Source of the DNA: an uncultured Desulfurococcaceae archaeon
Lineage (GTDB): Archaea > Thermoproteota > Thermoprotei_A > Sulfolobales > NBVN01
Assembly (NCBI GenBank): GCA_964399035.1
Contig: CAYNPH010000097.1
Location: 1,211 to 65,210 of the forward strand
DNA: 64,000 nt
Direction: 5' to 3'
Part shown: in pieces, positions 18,128-27,777 of the stretch
Layout: each line of letters begins with the position of its first letter
Numbering within the stretch: position 1 is the stretch's first letter
Position numbers and translations under genes: made by a program
The notes under the pieces: model-generated
Database searches by the model: none
Seen by the model: the letters and a program-made list of their open reading frames with translations, nothing else
What the model was told of the DNA's origin: nothing

Positions 18128-19186
18128 TTGATTTCCCCGGCAGGCATAGTTTGCTGGGTGCTTAACACGTACGGGGGACGTGTTAAGGTAGTGTTCTTGT
18201 TTAAGCCACATAGGGTCGCACGTGAGGTACTGATTAACGCGGGATTCATTGTTAAGTACTACCGCGGTAGGGATGCCTTAACTGACGAGGAGTGGGTGAC
18301 AAGCGAGCTTAAGAATGCGGACGTTGTTGTTGTCACACCATATCAGACGGTTGACGATTCGCTGCTCGCGGTAGCTCCTGAGTTAAAGCTACTTATGGTT
18401 CACGGATCGGGGTACGATCGTCTCGACCTCGAGGCCTTAGGTAGGCGTTGTGTGTGCGTGGCTAACGCACCCGACTACGTTGCGGATGCTGTTGCTGAGC
18501 ACGCACTAGCGCTGACTCTCGCAGTTCTTAGGAACGTGGTTACGGGGGACAATTACGTTAGGTCTGGCGAATGGCGTGAGGGCGCAGCCCCCCGCAAGTT
18601 CTTGGGCCTCCAACTTGCGGGAAGGAAGGTCGGGATCGTGGGGCTTGGGAGAGTAGGTGCTAGGGCAGCAGCTCTGTTCAAGGCTGTGGGCGCCTCAGTC
18701 ACGTACTGGAGCCGAAGGAGGAAGGTTGAGGTTGAGCACGCCTTAGGAATAAGGTTCGAGGGTCTAGAGGAACTTCTCTCAACCAGTGACGTGGTCGTGA
18801 TTTCCGTCGCGCTAACGCCTAAGACAAGGGGCCTCATTGGACGTAGGGAATTGAACCTTATGAAGGAGGGGGCCTTGCTAGTCAATGTTGCTAGGGGTGA
18901 GATCATAGATATGGACGCGTTAATTGAGGCCCTCCAGGAGGGGCGGATTAAGGCAGCACTAGATGTGTTCCCTGAGGAACCCCTCCCGAAGGATCACCCA
19001 TTGACGAAGCTAAGCAACGTAGTATTCACGCCTCACATAGCTGGCTACACCCTAGAGTCCGTCATATATACTGGGAGGTACGTTGCTGAAGCCATAATAG
19101 GGTACTTCATCGAAAGACGAGTACCTCCAACCGCATTAAACGCTGAGAGATGTGTTGAGTGCTTAAAGAAGCGTTTCAGTAAGTGA
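18128..19186 (+). CDS. D-isomer-specific 2-hydroxyacid dehydrogenase (glyoxylate/hydroxypyruvate reductase-like)
   Basis: NAD motif VGIVGLGRVGARAA, catalytic-region LVNVARGEIID and FTPHIAGYT. The true start may be GTG at 18191. Confidence 0.8.
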   Translation: MISPAGIVCWVLNTYGGRVKVVFLFKPHRVAREVLINAGFIVKYYRGRDALTDEEWVTSELKNADVVVVTPYQTVDDSLLAVAPELKLLMVHGSGYDRLDLEALGRRCVCVANAPDYVADAVAEHALALTLAVLRNVVTGDNYVRSGEWREGAAPRKFLGLQLAGRKVGIVGLGRVGARAAALFKAVGASVTYWSRRRKVEVEHALGIRFEGLEELLSTSDVVVISVALTPKTRGLIGRRELNLMKEGALLVNVARGEIIDMDALIEALQEGRIKAALDVFPEEPLPKDHPLTKLSNVVFTPHIAGYTLESVIYTGRYVAEAIIGYFIERRVPPTALNAERCVECLKKRFSK

Positions 19187-19201
19187 TAAAGCGTTCCTTC
19201 C

Positions 19202-19861
19202 TTAAGTGAAGAAGTATAGGGCTAACGCAACAGCAAATAGCGCGACCCACTCCCCCGGCGCCCCCCTAAGTACCTTGAAGCCGTCGAGCGGCGGTATCGG
19301 GATGAGGTTGAAGAGCGCTATCCATGCATTGACGCTCCCCACAGCTAAGGCGTAATAATGCCATGGGAAAGGCAGCGCGGTTGATACTACTAGGGTTATG
19401 ATGGCTACAGCTATGTTCGCTAAGGGACCGGCCTCGGCAACGCGTATCTCTGCCTTGGGGTTGCTGATGGGGTATAGCGCCATTATATAGACTGCTCCGG
19501 GGGCCGCGAACACGAATGTTCTCCCAAGGAACTTAGTTGAGAAGAGAGCCAGCGCTAGGGCCAGCGCTAGGCCGGCGTACCATGCCCTGTACTTGGCGTA
19601 GAGCCCATACCTCCTAGCTACCTGCCTGTGTGAGAGTTCATGAGCTATGAATGCCGTCGCGACCGCGACGCCCGCGATAGCTAGGCCTATTAGGTGCCCT
19701 GTGAGGAGGGATGCGGCTCCGAATGCTATGGTTAGGACAGCCCACGAAATGATTAGGTCGATAACTTCCCGTAGATCCACCTTCTTTCTCTTAGGTGGTT
19801 GGATAACCACCCACCCGTACCCATATCCTCCGCTTCCGTAGTATCCCAACGCTGTGCACAC
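19202..19861 (-). CDS. M50 family (site-2 protease-like) membrane metalloprotease
   Basis: HELSHRQVARRYG (HExxH) inside a TM segment, and NLIPIPPLDG (the second M50 motif). Confidence 0.75.
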   Translation of the reverse strand: MCTALGYYGSGGYGYGWVVIQPPKRKKVDLREVIDLIISWAVLTIAFGAASLLTGHLIGLAIAGVAVATAFIAHELSHRQVARRYGLYAKYRAWYAGLALALALALFSTKFLGRTFVFAAPGAVYIMALYPISNPKAEIRVAEAGPLANIAVAIITLVVSTALPFPWHYYALAVGSVNAWIALFNLIPIPPLDGFKVLRGAPGEWVALFAVALALYFFT

Positions 19862-19897
19862 CTGGTTAAACTGAGTTGAAGGGTTAAAAGCTAGGCG

Positions 19898-20779
19898 CTA
19901 CGTGCTCACACCACTTAACGCTTCCCGCTCCCTACCGAGTAAGTTTATTGCCACAGGCTCCTTTACGTGTAAGTCCAGTTGCGGGAACGGTATCTCGATC
20001 CCGGCCTCATCTAGGGTTGCCTTCACCTTAGCCACTAACTCCATGTAAGTCTCGAACCACATGCTTGTTGGCACCCAGCACCTCAGCTTAAGCACTATTG
20101 CTGAGTCAGAGTAATCCACGACATATACCTTAGGAGGCGGGTACACTAGAACTAGTGGGTGCTCCTCAAGCATCCTGCGTAGGGCCTCCCTAGCTCTCTC
20201 GATATCTGACTTGTAGGAGATACCTATGGGTATGTCTATTCTCCTAGCGACGCTCTTGCTGTAGTTGCTTATGTCCGAATTCATTAGTTTCTCGTTAGGT
20301 ATCCTAACTAAGACACCGTCCCACGTCCTTATCTTGGTTGACACCATCGATATGTCCTCCACCCTCCCAACGTAGTCTAGAACCTTGATCGGGTCCCCTA
20401 TCTTAAAGGGTCTCTCAATGTACAGCAATAGACCGCTGAAGAAGTTCGCGAAAACCGTCTGGGCCGCAAAACCTATGACTAAGCTCGCAAAACCGCCTAC
20501 CATCAGTAAGCCCGTTAATTGTATACCGAACGGTGAGAGGGCCGCCACAACACCGATTAATATTATGCCGTAGACCACGATCTTCTCTATGCCCACGTAT
20601 ATGTGTGGTGGCACCTTAGGTCTTAAAGACCTTCTGAGCCAGTACCTTATGAACACTGCTACAGCTACTGTAACTCCTATGGCGGCAGCTACCCCTACGT
20701 ATAGAAGTATTTGCCTTTCAAGTGCCGGTAAAGCTTCAAACATCGTGCCTAACTTATGAAGCATGTCCTGCGGGAACAT
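19898..20779 (-). CDS. Small-conductance mechanosensitive channel (MscS family)
   Basis: Three TM helices, then PFKIGDPIKVLDYVGRVEDISMVSTKIRTWDGVLVRIPNEKLMNS, the MscS beta-domain signature. Confidence 0.85.
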   Translation of the reverse strand: MFPQDMLHKLGTMFEALPALERQILLYVGVAAAIGVTVAVAVFIRYWLRRSLRPKVPPHIYVGIEKIVVYGIILIGVVAALSPFGIQLTGLLMVGGFASLVIGFAAQTVFANFFSGLLLYIERPFKIGDPIKVLDYVGRVEDISMVSTKIRTWDGVLVRIPNEKLMNSDISNYSKSVARRIDIPIGISYKSDIERAREALRRMLEEHPLVLVYPPPKVYVVDYSDSAIVLKLRCWVPTSMWFETYMELVAKVKATLDEAGIEIPFPQLDLHVKEPVAINLLGREREALSGVST

Positions 20780-20780
20780 C

Positions 20781-21440
20781 TTAAGGCCCCTCCCTAAACT
20801 CCATGTGGAAGTACCTCGCAGTATTGTGTTCGACTAGCCCGCGAACCTCCCTCAAACCTTCGGCAGGAGGGCTCTCCTCAACGCCACTTACGTACACGAT
20901 GTTATCCCGAACATGTCCTTTCATGGTGCCATAGAAAACCTGGAGACGTGGACTCTCCCTCACGTAAAGCTTGAGCATGTTTAACCTAACGTAGATTCCC
21001 TTCACGACCTCCGGGGTAGGGGACTCGACAAGGATTTTACCTAGACCTTCAGCGCGATCCCACGAACTTGGGTTCGAGATAACGGCTGACTTAAACCACC
21101 TGCAGATGATACCCTCATATGGGGTGCCCACAACAGTATGTTTAACTCTGAAGGGTGATAGGACCTTCAATACTCTCTCCCCCGCAGCCACCCGCAGTTC
21201 GTATGGGATAGTGACCCACATACTAGTAGTTCCGGAAACAACTACTGGGGTCCCTAAATCGAGGTAGACGCACTCAGCTAACCGCACCGGTACGTGGGCA
21301 GGTAACGTAGGTTCAACGCCTATGGGTATATCGTCAACTAACACGAACTCCTCCTTAACGTAAGGATCCTCCACTAAGACCCTCCCAACCCGCCTCATTA
21401 CTCTAGCGAGACCTACCCGTAACTCATTGTTCACTAACAC
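20781..21440 (-). CDS. Conserved-looking hypothetical protein (219 aa), co-transcribed with mscS
   Basis: ORF stop lies 1 nt from the mscS start codon. Beta-rich sequence without motifs I can name. Confidence 0.45.
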   Translation of the reverse strand: MLVNNELRVGLARVMRRVGRVLVEDPYVKEEFVLVDDIPIGVEPTLPAHVPVRLAECVYLDLGTPVVVSGTTSMWVTIPYELRVAAGERVLKVLSPFRVKHTVVGTPYEGIICRWFKSAVISNPSSWDRAEGLGKILVESPTPEVVKGIYVRLNMLKLYVRESPRLQVFYGTMKGHVRDNIVYVSGVEESPPAEGLREVRGLVEHNTARYFHMEFREGP

Positions 21441-21656
21441 TCCTCCCCCCTTAATTCCCTGCTAGGGACGAGTATGTTTAAATGAGGAGAGCCCTTACGG
21501 TTCAGCCGATGCATAGGAAGAACTGGTTGTATCAATTAACGTAACTGAATTTTACATTTCTCAATAAATTTTATACACGTAAAAACCTGAGTAAACTAAA
21601 TTAAGCCTAGTATTACAGGATAACAGTACGTATCGAAAAAACTTAGAGAATAATAG

Positions 21657-22145
21657 GTGAGAGTCGTGCCAGGAAAGCGCTACGGTCTTCTAACCGAGAG
21701 GCAGTACACAGTCCTCAAATTAAGGATAGCGGGCAAAACCCAAGAGGAGATAGCCCGGATGCTCGGAACCTCAAGAGAGAACATATCGATCATAGAGAAG
21801 AGGGCTTGGCGTAAAGTCCGCCTAGCGGAGGAAACCCTAAGGTACGTCAAGGAGTTACTCTCAGTAGCTAAGGTCACCATACCGCCGGGAACCCACCTAG
21901 TTCAGGTTCCCGGAATGCTGATAGCCGCTGCAGATAAGGCTAGTGTGAAGTTAAAGGGCAACTTCACGAGAATATACGATGAAATACGATTCAGAGCCGA
22001 GGACTGCATCAAGGGAACCCACGTAGTTAAGCCAGTAACGGTCGTGATTTACAGGGACGGAACCTTCGAGGTTGTATCCGAGGACTCCCAGAAAAGCATA
22101 AGGGAGAAGGTCAGGAGCACCATACGTGTAGGGAACAGCCACTAG
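21657..22145 (+). CDS. tfx: Tfx family DNA-binding transcriptional regulator
   Basis: LTERQYTVLKLRIAGKTQEEIARMLGTSRENISIIEKRAWRKV is a LuxR/sigma-70 region-4-type HTH. It is followed by the Tfx C-terminal domain. Confidence 0.8.
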   Translation: MRVVPGKRYGLLTERQYTVLKLRIAGKTQEEIARMLGTSRENISIIEKRAWRKVRLAEETLRYVKELLSVAKVTIPPGTHLVQVPGMLIAAADKASVKLKGNFTRIYDEIRFRAEDCIKGTHVVKPVTVVIYRDGTFEVVSEDSQKSIREKVRSTIRVGNSH

Positions 22146-22173
22146 TGAATCACGTTTTAAACGCCCCTTAATC

Positions 22174-22179
22174 TTTTTT
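22174..22179 (+). terminator. T6 run after tfx
   Basis: TTTTTT lies 29 nt after the stop codon. Confidence 0.3.
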
Positions 22180-22271
22180 CAAAACACCTGATCGCTTGCT
22201 GGGGTATGTTACGATGATGCCTACTGATTTGCTAACGCTTTAGTGTCCTGGAAAATAAGTTGCCCTTACTC

Positions 22272-23543
22272 TCAACCACCTGTGCACACGTCCTCAACTT
22301 TTTCCTTGGCAAGCCGGTCCTTGAGCTTCACTATCGTCTTGAGCACCTCGATGAACCTATCGACCTCCTCCACGGTGTTATAGATGTAGTAGCTCGCCCT
22401 CACAGTTCCCTTAATGCCTAGTCTGTAGTGTAGAGGGTGTGCGCAGTGCCCTCCAGTCCTTACCGCTATTCCGAATAGATCGAGTGCCTTACCGACGGTA
22501 TGGTAATGCAGACCCTTCACATTGAAGGAGACCACGCCGCCCCTTACCTCAGGGTTCTTCGGGCCGTATACGTCGACATCGTTCGCTAGCTCTTTGAAGC
22601 GTTTTAGCGTGTGCCTTACCAGTTCCTTCTCATGCTCCCTTACGTTCTCCATGCCTATCCTTGTGAGGTACTTTACCGCTTCGGCTAGCCCTATTGCCCC
22701 CGCTATGTTTGGGGTGCCTGCCTCGAAGCGCCATGGTAGGTCATGCCAGACCACGGAGTCCAGCGTGACGTCCTTTATTGTGTCGCCCCCTGACTTGAAC
22801 GGCTCTAGATCCTCTAGAATATCCTTCCTGCCCCAGAGTATGCCTGTCCCTGTGGGGCCCAGCATCTTGTGCCCGCTGAAGGCTAGGAAATCGATCCCTA
22901 GGTCTCTGACGTCCGTGGGTGCGTGCGGTACCCATTGCGCACCGTCAGCCACTACTATGGCGCCCACGCTGTGGGCTATCTTAACTATTCTTTTCACGTC
23001 GTTCATCGTTCCGAGCACGTTGCTCATCATTGGGAACGCCACTACCTTCGTTCTCTCGCTAATCATTTCCTCGAGCATGTCGTACCTTAGTAGCCCGTCA
23101 CCGGTTATGTCAACGTACCGTATCTTTGCCCCAGTGATTTCAGCAACTTTCCTCCAGGGTAGCATATTGCTGTGGTGATCCATTACCGTGAGTATTATTT
23201 CGTCTCCCTCACGGAGGTTCTTGAGGCCCCAGGTATGCGCGATTATGTTTATGCTCTCGGTTGTGTTGTACGTTAGTATTACTTCCTCCCACGAGTACGC
23301 GTTTATAAAGTGAGCTATGACTTCATGTGCTTCCTCGAACGCCTCGCTCGCTTCCTGTGAGAGGGTGTGGAATCCTCGGTGGACGTTCGCGTTATATTGC
23401 AGGTAAAACCTAGCTATGGCGGCAACAACCTGGATCGGTCTTTGAGTGGTTGCCGCGTTGTCGAAGTATATTAAGGGATTTCCATTCACCGTGCGTCTAA
23501 GTATTGGGAAGTCCTTCCTTATCTCCTCGACGTTAAGCCCCAC
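22272..23543 (-). CDS. Cysteine desulfurase, class V aminotransferase (SufS/CsdA-like)
   Basis: PLP-lysine motif FSGHKMLGPTGTGILWG and catalytic Cys loop RTGGHCAHPL. Confidence 0.85.
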   Translation of the reverse strand: MGLNVEEIRKDFPILRRTVNGNPLIYFDNAATTQRPIQVVAAIARFYLQYNANVHRGFHTLSQEASEAFEEAHEVIAHFINAYSWEEVILTYNTTESINIIAHTWGLKNLREGDEIILTVMDHHSNMLPWRKVAEITGAKIRYVDITGDGLLRYDMLEEMISERTKVVAFPMMSNVLGTMNDVKRIVKIAHSVGAIVVADGAQWVPHAPTDVRDLGIDFLAFSGHKMLGPTGTGILWGRKDILEDLEPFKSGGDTIKDVTLDSVVWHDLPWRFEAGTPNIAGAIGLAEAVKYLTRIGMENVREHEKELVRHTLKRFKELANDVDVYGPKNPEVRGGVVSFNVKGLHYHTVGKALDLFGIAVRTGGHCAHPLHYRLGIKGTVRASYYIYNTVEEVDRFIEVLKTIVKLKDRLAKEKVEDVCTGG

Positions 23544-24105
23544 CCTTGCTCGCCTCCTCTATTAGTTTCTTGAGTAACTTAAGGAGTGTATCCTCGTCCT
23601 TGATAGGCTTCCTTACTGGCTCACCTCTCTCCGCCTTCTCGGCACGTTCCTTGAATGTCGGGACGGCCTTCTCTAACTCGAGGTCAGTGAGAACCCCCTC
23701 GTACTTCTCCTTATACTTTATCTCACCATTCTTTACATGGACTAAGTACGTAGTTGGCGATGCATGCACGTCGAAGTACGTGAATGTCGCTGCCGCTGTA
23801 GGTGACACGCATTCCCTAGCAAACCATCCGCACAGCACTATCACGAACCTGTAGTCGTTAAGCCTCCTTGCGTGCTTCCTCACGAAGGGGTACCAGTAAA
23901 TGTCGTATCTACGGCAGGCTGGACACTTAGTATTATCGAAATAAATAGTGTAGTAACCGTCATCCTTAGGGACGTACGGATCTGGGTCGTCCGAGGGCAA
24001 CATCACCCACATATCGTCCTTGGGGTCATACAGGTACACGCCTTGCGGGGATGTTGAACCCACTTCCTTAAGTCGCGTTATCTTCTTCGCCACGGCTTTC
24101 CCCAC
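23533..24105 (-). CDS. Thioredoxin-fold-like protein with a CPAC motif, co-transcribed with the cysteine desulfurase
   Basis: YFDNTKCPACRRYD (CxxC after a beta-strand) and a later SPTTYLV cis-Pro-like element. 11-nt overlap with the downstream desulfurase gene. Confidence 0.45.
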   Translation of the reverse strand: MGKAVAKKITRLKEVGSTSPQGVYLYDPKDDMWVMLPSDDPDPYVPKDDGYYTIYFDNTKCPACRRYDIYWYPFVRKHARRLNDYRFVIVLCGWFARECVSPTAAATFTYFDVHASPTTYLVHVKNGEIKYKEKYEGVLTDLELEKAVPTFKERAEKAERGEPVRKPIKDEDTLLKLLKKLIEEASKGGA

Positions 24106-24339
24106 ATTATCCGTTAGCAGGATGTTTCAAATAAACTTAAACTTGATCCAAGTACAATACCTCAAATAATCATGATTATCTTTATACAACAGTTATGACC
24201 TTATAATAATTCACACACACCTGCCAATACGTAGGCGTAAGTTTAAGCAGTTCTAACATGATTAAATAATTTAAACAGGAAATGAAATGCTTATAAGCCT
24301 CCCCTCCCATTACAGAGGCTGAAAATAAATGGGATAAAG

Positions 24340-25662
24340 GTGATGGAAATGGCTGGACAGAATTTGAAGGTAGTGGTAGCTGCAATTATAACTTTGATAG
24401 TGGGTATAGGCATAGGGTATGGAATATCGTTAGCCACGTCAACGGGAGGGGGGCAGGCCTCATCCCCATCAACCTCGACTGGAGGGACAACCACCGTAAC
24501 GGTAACTAAGACCGTGACCTCGTCCACTGGTAGTGGGACAAAGGTGTATAAGATCGGGTTCACGCTGCCGTTGTCGGGCGAGCTGTCCTCAGTGGGTAAG
24601 ATGTGGGAGCAGGTAGCTAAGATGGCAATTAATGACCTCAACAAGGAGGTGCAGGCTTACGGCTTCAACGTTAAGTTTCAGGCCGTGATACTGGATGACG
24701 CCACACAGGATGAGAAAGCCCTGCAGAACGTGCAGACATTCGCACAGCAGGGTATTAAGGTCGTGATAGGGCCTGCCGCGAGTTCTCAGGTTAAGGCTGT
24801 GAAGAGCTACGCGGACTCGAACCACATAGTCATAATATCCCCGTCATCGACGGCCCCCACACTCGCGATACCGAATGACTACATATTCAGGACCGTGGGT
24901 TCCGACGCACTTCAGGCTAAGGTGCTGGCCGCGCTGGTCGAGCACGAAGGCATAAAGAAGGTCGTGGTGTTCTACAGGAACGACGAGTACGGTAACGCCT
25001 TCGCAGAGTTCTTCAAGAAGTACTTTGAGGGGAGCGGTGGCACCGCGATCCTGCAGTCCTACACTACGGGCCTCTCCGACTACTCATCCGAGGTGAACGC
25101 GTTAGCGCAGAAGGTGCAATCCAGTGGTGCCGAGGCCGTGGTGCTCATCTCATTCGATACTGACGGTGCTAACATTCTGTCGCACGCCGCCAACAACCCC
25201 GTGCTCTCGAAGATAAGGTGGTTCTCATCGGAAGGTGTGCACGGAGCGTCCGAGCTACTCCAGCCAAGCCTAGCCAAGTTCCTGATAAGCGTTAAGTTCA
25301 TGGGTACTAGGCCGCAGACGCCTCACAACGTGCTGTACGAGCAGTTCGCCAAGAGATTCAAGGAAATGACGGGCAGTGACCCGCCCGTGTTCAGCGAGAA
25401 CCTATATGACGCGGTAATGCTTGCCGGGTGGGCCATACTTAGGGCAGGCACCTACGACGGCGCCGCCATAAAGGACGCACTACCTAAGGTGGCGGCCCAC
25501 TACTACGGGCCGAGCGGGTGGACGTACCTAGATGAGAACGGTGACAAGGCGTTCCAGCAGTACGCTATATGGTCGATAAAGCAGGTGAACGGCAAGTACG
25601 AGTTCAGCGACATAGGCGTGTACCAGGGAGGCACGGTGACCCTAACGTCACAGCCAGGCTAA
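24340..25662 (+). CDS. Branched-chain amino acid-type ABC transporter substrate-binding protein (LivJ/K family) with TM anchor and Thr-rich stalk
   Basis: N-terminal TM segment, STSTGGTTTVTVTKTVTSSTGSG linker, then KIGFTLPLSGELSSVGK...VVIGPAASS, typical of periplasmic binding protein type I. Confidence 0.8.
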   Translation: MMEMAGQNLKVVVAAIITLIVGIGIGYGISLATSTGGGQASSPSTSTGGTTTVTVTKTVTSSTGSGTKVYKIGFTLPLSGELSSVGKMWEQVAKMAINDLNKEVQAYGFNVKFQAVILDDATQDEKALQNVQTFAQQGIKVVIGPAASSQVKAVKSYADSNHIVIISPSSTAPTLAIPNDYIFRTVGSDALQAKVLAALVEHEGIKKVVVFYRNDEYGNAFAEFFKKYFEGSGGTAILQSYTTGLSDYSSEVNALAQKVQSSGAEAVVLISFDTDGANILSHAANNPVLSKIRWFSSEGVHGASELLQPSLAKFLISVKFMGTRPQTPHNVLYEQFAKRFKEMTGSDPPVFSENLYDAVMLAGWAILRAGTYDGAAIKDALPKVAAHYYGPSGWTYLDENGDKAFQQYAIWSIKQVNGKYEFSDIGVYQGGTVTLTSQPG

Positions 25663-25758
25663 TCAAGAACAGCCCCTACTTTTTGATTGAGTCCATGCTC
25701 TCCCTTAACCTCAGCTTAACCTCTCACCCGCCATACGCGTAACCACGGTCTTCAGGAG

Positions 25759-26712
25759 GTGATGGCGATGGTGAATATGGATGCGTACCAGGTGCTGACC
25801 GCCGTGCACATCGCGTTAATATACGCGGTACTGGCGGTTCCGTTAACGCTTAGTTATAAGACCACCAAGATAATCAATTTCGTTCACATAAACTTCATTA
25901 CGTACGGTGCTTACGTCGCTGTGCTATTATACGTATTCCTAGGTATTGACAACGTGTTCGTGGCTATCGTAGCGGCATTTGTGGTCGGCGGCATTATGGG
26001 CGTTATGGATAACGTTGCTGTCTTTGAACCCTTGAGCAGGCGTGGCGCTAACGTAGTGATATTGATGATAGCTTCGATGGGTCTCTGGATATTCTACAAG
26101 TACTTGATGTACTCGGTGCTCGACGTCCTGTCTAGGTTCGCTAAGGCTAACCTAGTGTCGGTGTTACTCAGGTTCGAAACCCTGCCTAGGGTCGTTGTCG
26201 GCGGGATACCTATAACGAGCGCTTTCCTAACCGCCGTCGTGACCGCTGCCGCGTTGGCGCTCATGCTTTACTTCGTTCTTGAGAGGACAGCGGTTGGGAA
26301 GGCTATCAGGGCGATAGCCGATAACCCGACCCTAGCCGAAATATCAGGTATTCCGAGGGGTAGGGTAGTTAATGTCATGTGGTTCATGGCTGGCGGGATG
26401 GCTGCGGTTGGAGGAGTGCTTTGGGCGATATTCGCCATAGCCACTCCCGAGGTCGGCGACACCCTAATACTGCAGGTATTCGCGATAGCCGTGATAGGTG
26501 GTTTAACCTCGCTTTCCCGGACGGCGTTGGGTGCCTTCATAATCGCGTTTGCTGAGAACCTCGGTATGGCGTTCCTTAACCAGGTCTTCGGCGTCCCCAC
26601 GAGCTTCAAGCCCTTCATAACGTTCTCCACGCTACTGATAGTCATCATAGCGTTCCCGCCTCTAGGTGCCGGGGGTGGGTTACCGTATAGGTTCCTAAGG
26701 AAGAGGAGGTGA
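25759..26712 (+). CDS. livH: Branched-chain amino acid ABC transporter permease
   Basis: Polytopic protein with GKAIRAIADNPTLAEISGI, the LivH family conserved loop. Confidence 0.8.
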   Translation: MMAMVNMDAYQVLTAVHIALIYAVLAVPLTLSYKTTKIINFVHINFITYGAYVAVLLYVFLGIDNVFVAIVAAFVVGGIMGVMDNVAVFEPLSRRGANVVILMIASMGLWIFYKYLMYSVLDVLSRFAKANLVSVLLRFETLPRVVVGGIPITSAFLTAVVTAAALALMLYFVLERTAVGKAIRAIADNPTLAEISGIPRGRVVNVMWFMAGGMAAVGGVLWAIFAIATPEVGDTLILQVFAIAVIGGLTSLSRTALGAFIIAFAENLGMAFLNQVFGVPTSFKPFITFSTLLIVIIAFPPLGAGGGLPYRFLRKRR

Positions 26713-26718
26713 GACGGT

Positions 26719-27777
26719 ATGCTACCCAGCTTCGATATCCTCGGGTTCCTGGTCTCGTGGGGCACGTTCCTAGGCATCTACGCGATTCTAGCAATATCCC
26801 TTAACCTTGAGGTAGGGCTGACCGGCATGGCTAACTTCGGTAAGGTGGCGTTCTACGGGATAGGGGCATACTTAGCCGCATCTCTCAGCGTGTACACCGT
26901 GCTCGCCGTGTATCACGTGGCGGCCGCGCCCTACACTACTGAAGGAATCATAGCTCTAGGCAAGTACGGTGGCGCCAACCCCGCCCTAGACTTAGGGATA
27001 TTTGCAGCGTCACTCGTGCTTGGGTTCATCATCGCTGGGTGCGTAGGGTACTTACTGACGTACCCAACACTTAGGGTAGGTCCGGCGTTCCTCGGCATAA
27101 CACTACTGGCGTTCGGGGAACTCCTGAGGATATTCCTGCTGAATTACCAGCCGCTCGGCGCTAGTAAGGGGTTAAGCGGCATACCGCACCCCTTCCTGTG
27201 GATCCCTGACCCCGTGCTTAGGGAGAGGCTCTACGTCCTCATAGTGTTGGGGTTCCTAGCGATAACGTTATGGTTCGCCGAAAGAATAACTAACTCCCCG
27301 TTCGGCAGGGTGCTTAAGGCTATTAGGGACGATGAGGTGGCGGCTCTCTGCATGGGTAAGCATGTGCCTAGGGTTAAGGCAACAGTTCTCTTCATAGGCT
27401 CGGGAATGGCTGGCATTGCCGGCGTCCTCCTAGCGTTCTACATGAGCTCAGTGAACCCGAACATGTTCGTGCCGGCGGTAACCTTCAACATCTGGGCCAT
27501 GGTCATACTCGGGGGTATGGGGAATAATAAGGGGGCGGTGGTTGGCGCAGCAATAATCACGTTCGTGGACAGGATACTGACCTTCATAACCCCCAACCTA
27601 GGCATAACGATAATCACGCCTGACTACATCAGGTGGATGATCGTCGGCATACTCATCGTGCTTGTGCTGATGTTCATGCCCGGAGGACTAGTGCCGGAGA
27701 AACCCATCAAGACCCCGGCATGGGAGGCTGTGGAGGATCTAGAGAAGGAACCGGCTAGGGGAGGTGATGAGGCGTGA
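26719..27777 (+). CDS. livM: Branched-chain amino acid ABC transporter permease
   Basis: Polytopic protein with SPFGRVLKAIRDDEVAALCMGK, the LivM conserved loop. Confidence 0.8.
   Translation: MLPSFDILGFLVSWGTFLGIYAILAISLNLEVGLTGMANFGKVAFYGIGAYLAASLSVYTVLAVYHVAAAPYTTEGIIALGKYGGANPALDLGIFAASLVLGFIIAGCVGYLLTYPTLRVGPAFLGITLLAFGELLRIFLLNYQPLGASKGLSGIPHPFLWIPDPVLRERLYVLIVLGFLAITLWFAERITNSPFGRVLKAIRDDEVAALCMGKHVPRVKATVLFIGSGMAGIAGVLLAFYMSSVNPNMFVPAVTFNIWAMVILGGMGNNKGAVVGAAIITFVDRILTFITPNLGITIITPDYIRWMIVGILIVLVLMFMPGGLVPEKPIKTPAWEAVEDLEKEPARGGDEA

Noticed and set aside
22213-22260. Possible C/D box sRNA in the tfx-sufS convergent gap (GATGATG followed by CTGA).
   Set aside because: The C-box-like element lacks the terminal A (ATGATGC). 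There is no second C-prime/D pair or terminal CTGA within 50-70 nt, and no terminal stem. The evidence is insufficient.
24182-24644. Minus-strand ORFs (67 and 117 aa) in and around the AT-rich gap upstream of the Liv-type binding protein gene.
   Set aside because: They overlap the promoter region and the 5-prime end of the binding-protein gene, and no conserved motif is visible. They are likely spurious.
26169-26185. tRNA T-arm-like GGTTCGAAACC. A similar GGTTCGAACCC occurs at 54341-54351.
   Set aside because: Both lie inside permease CDS, with no acceptor or anticodon stem partners. I found no tRNA-like cloverleaf in any intergenic gap.
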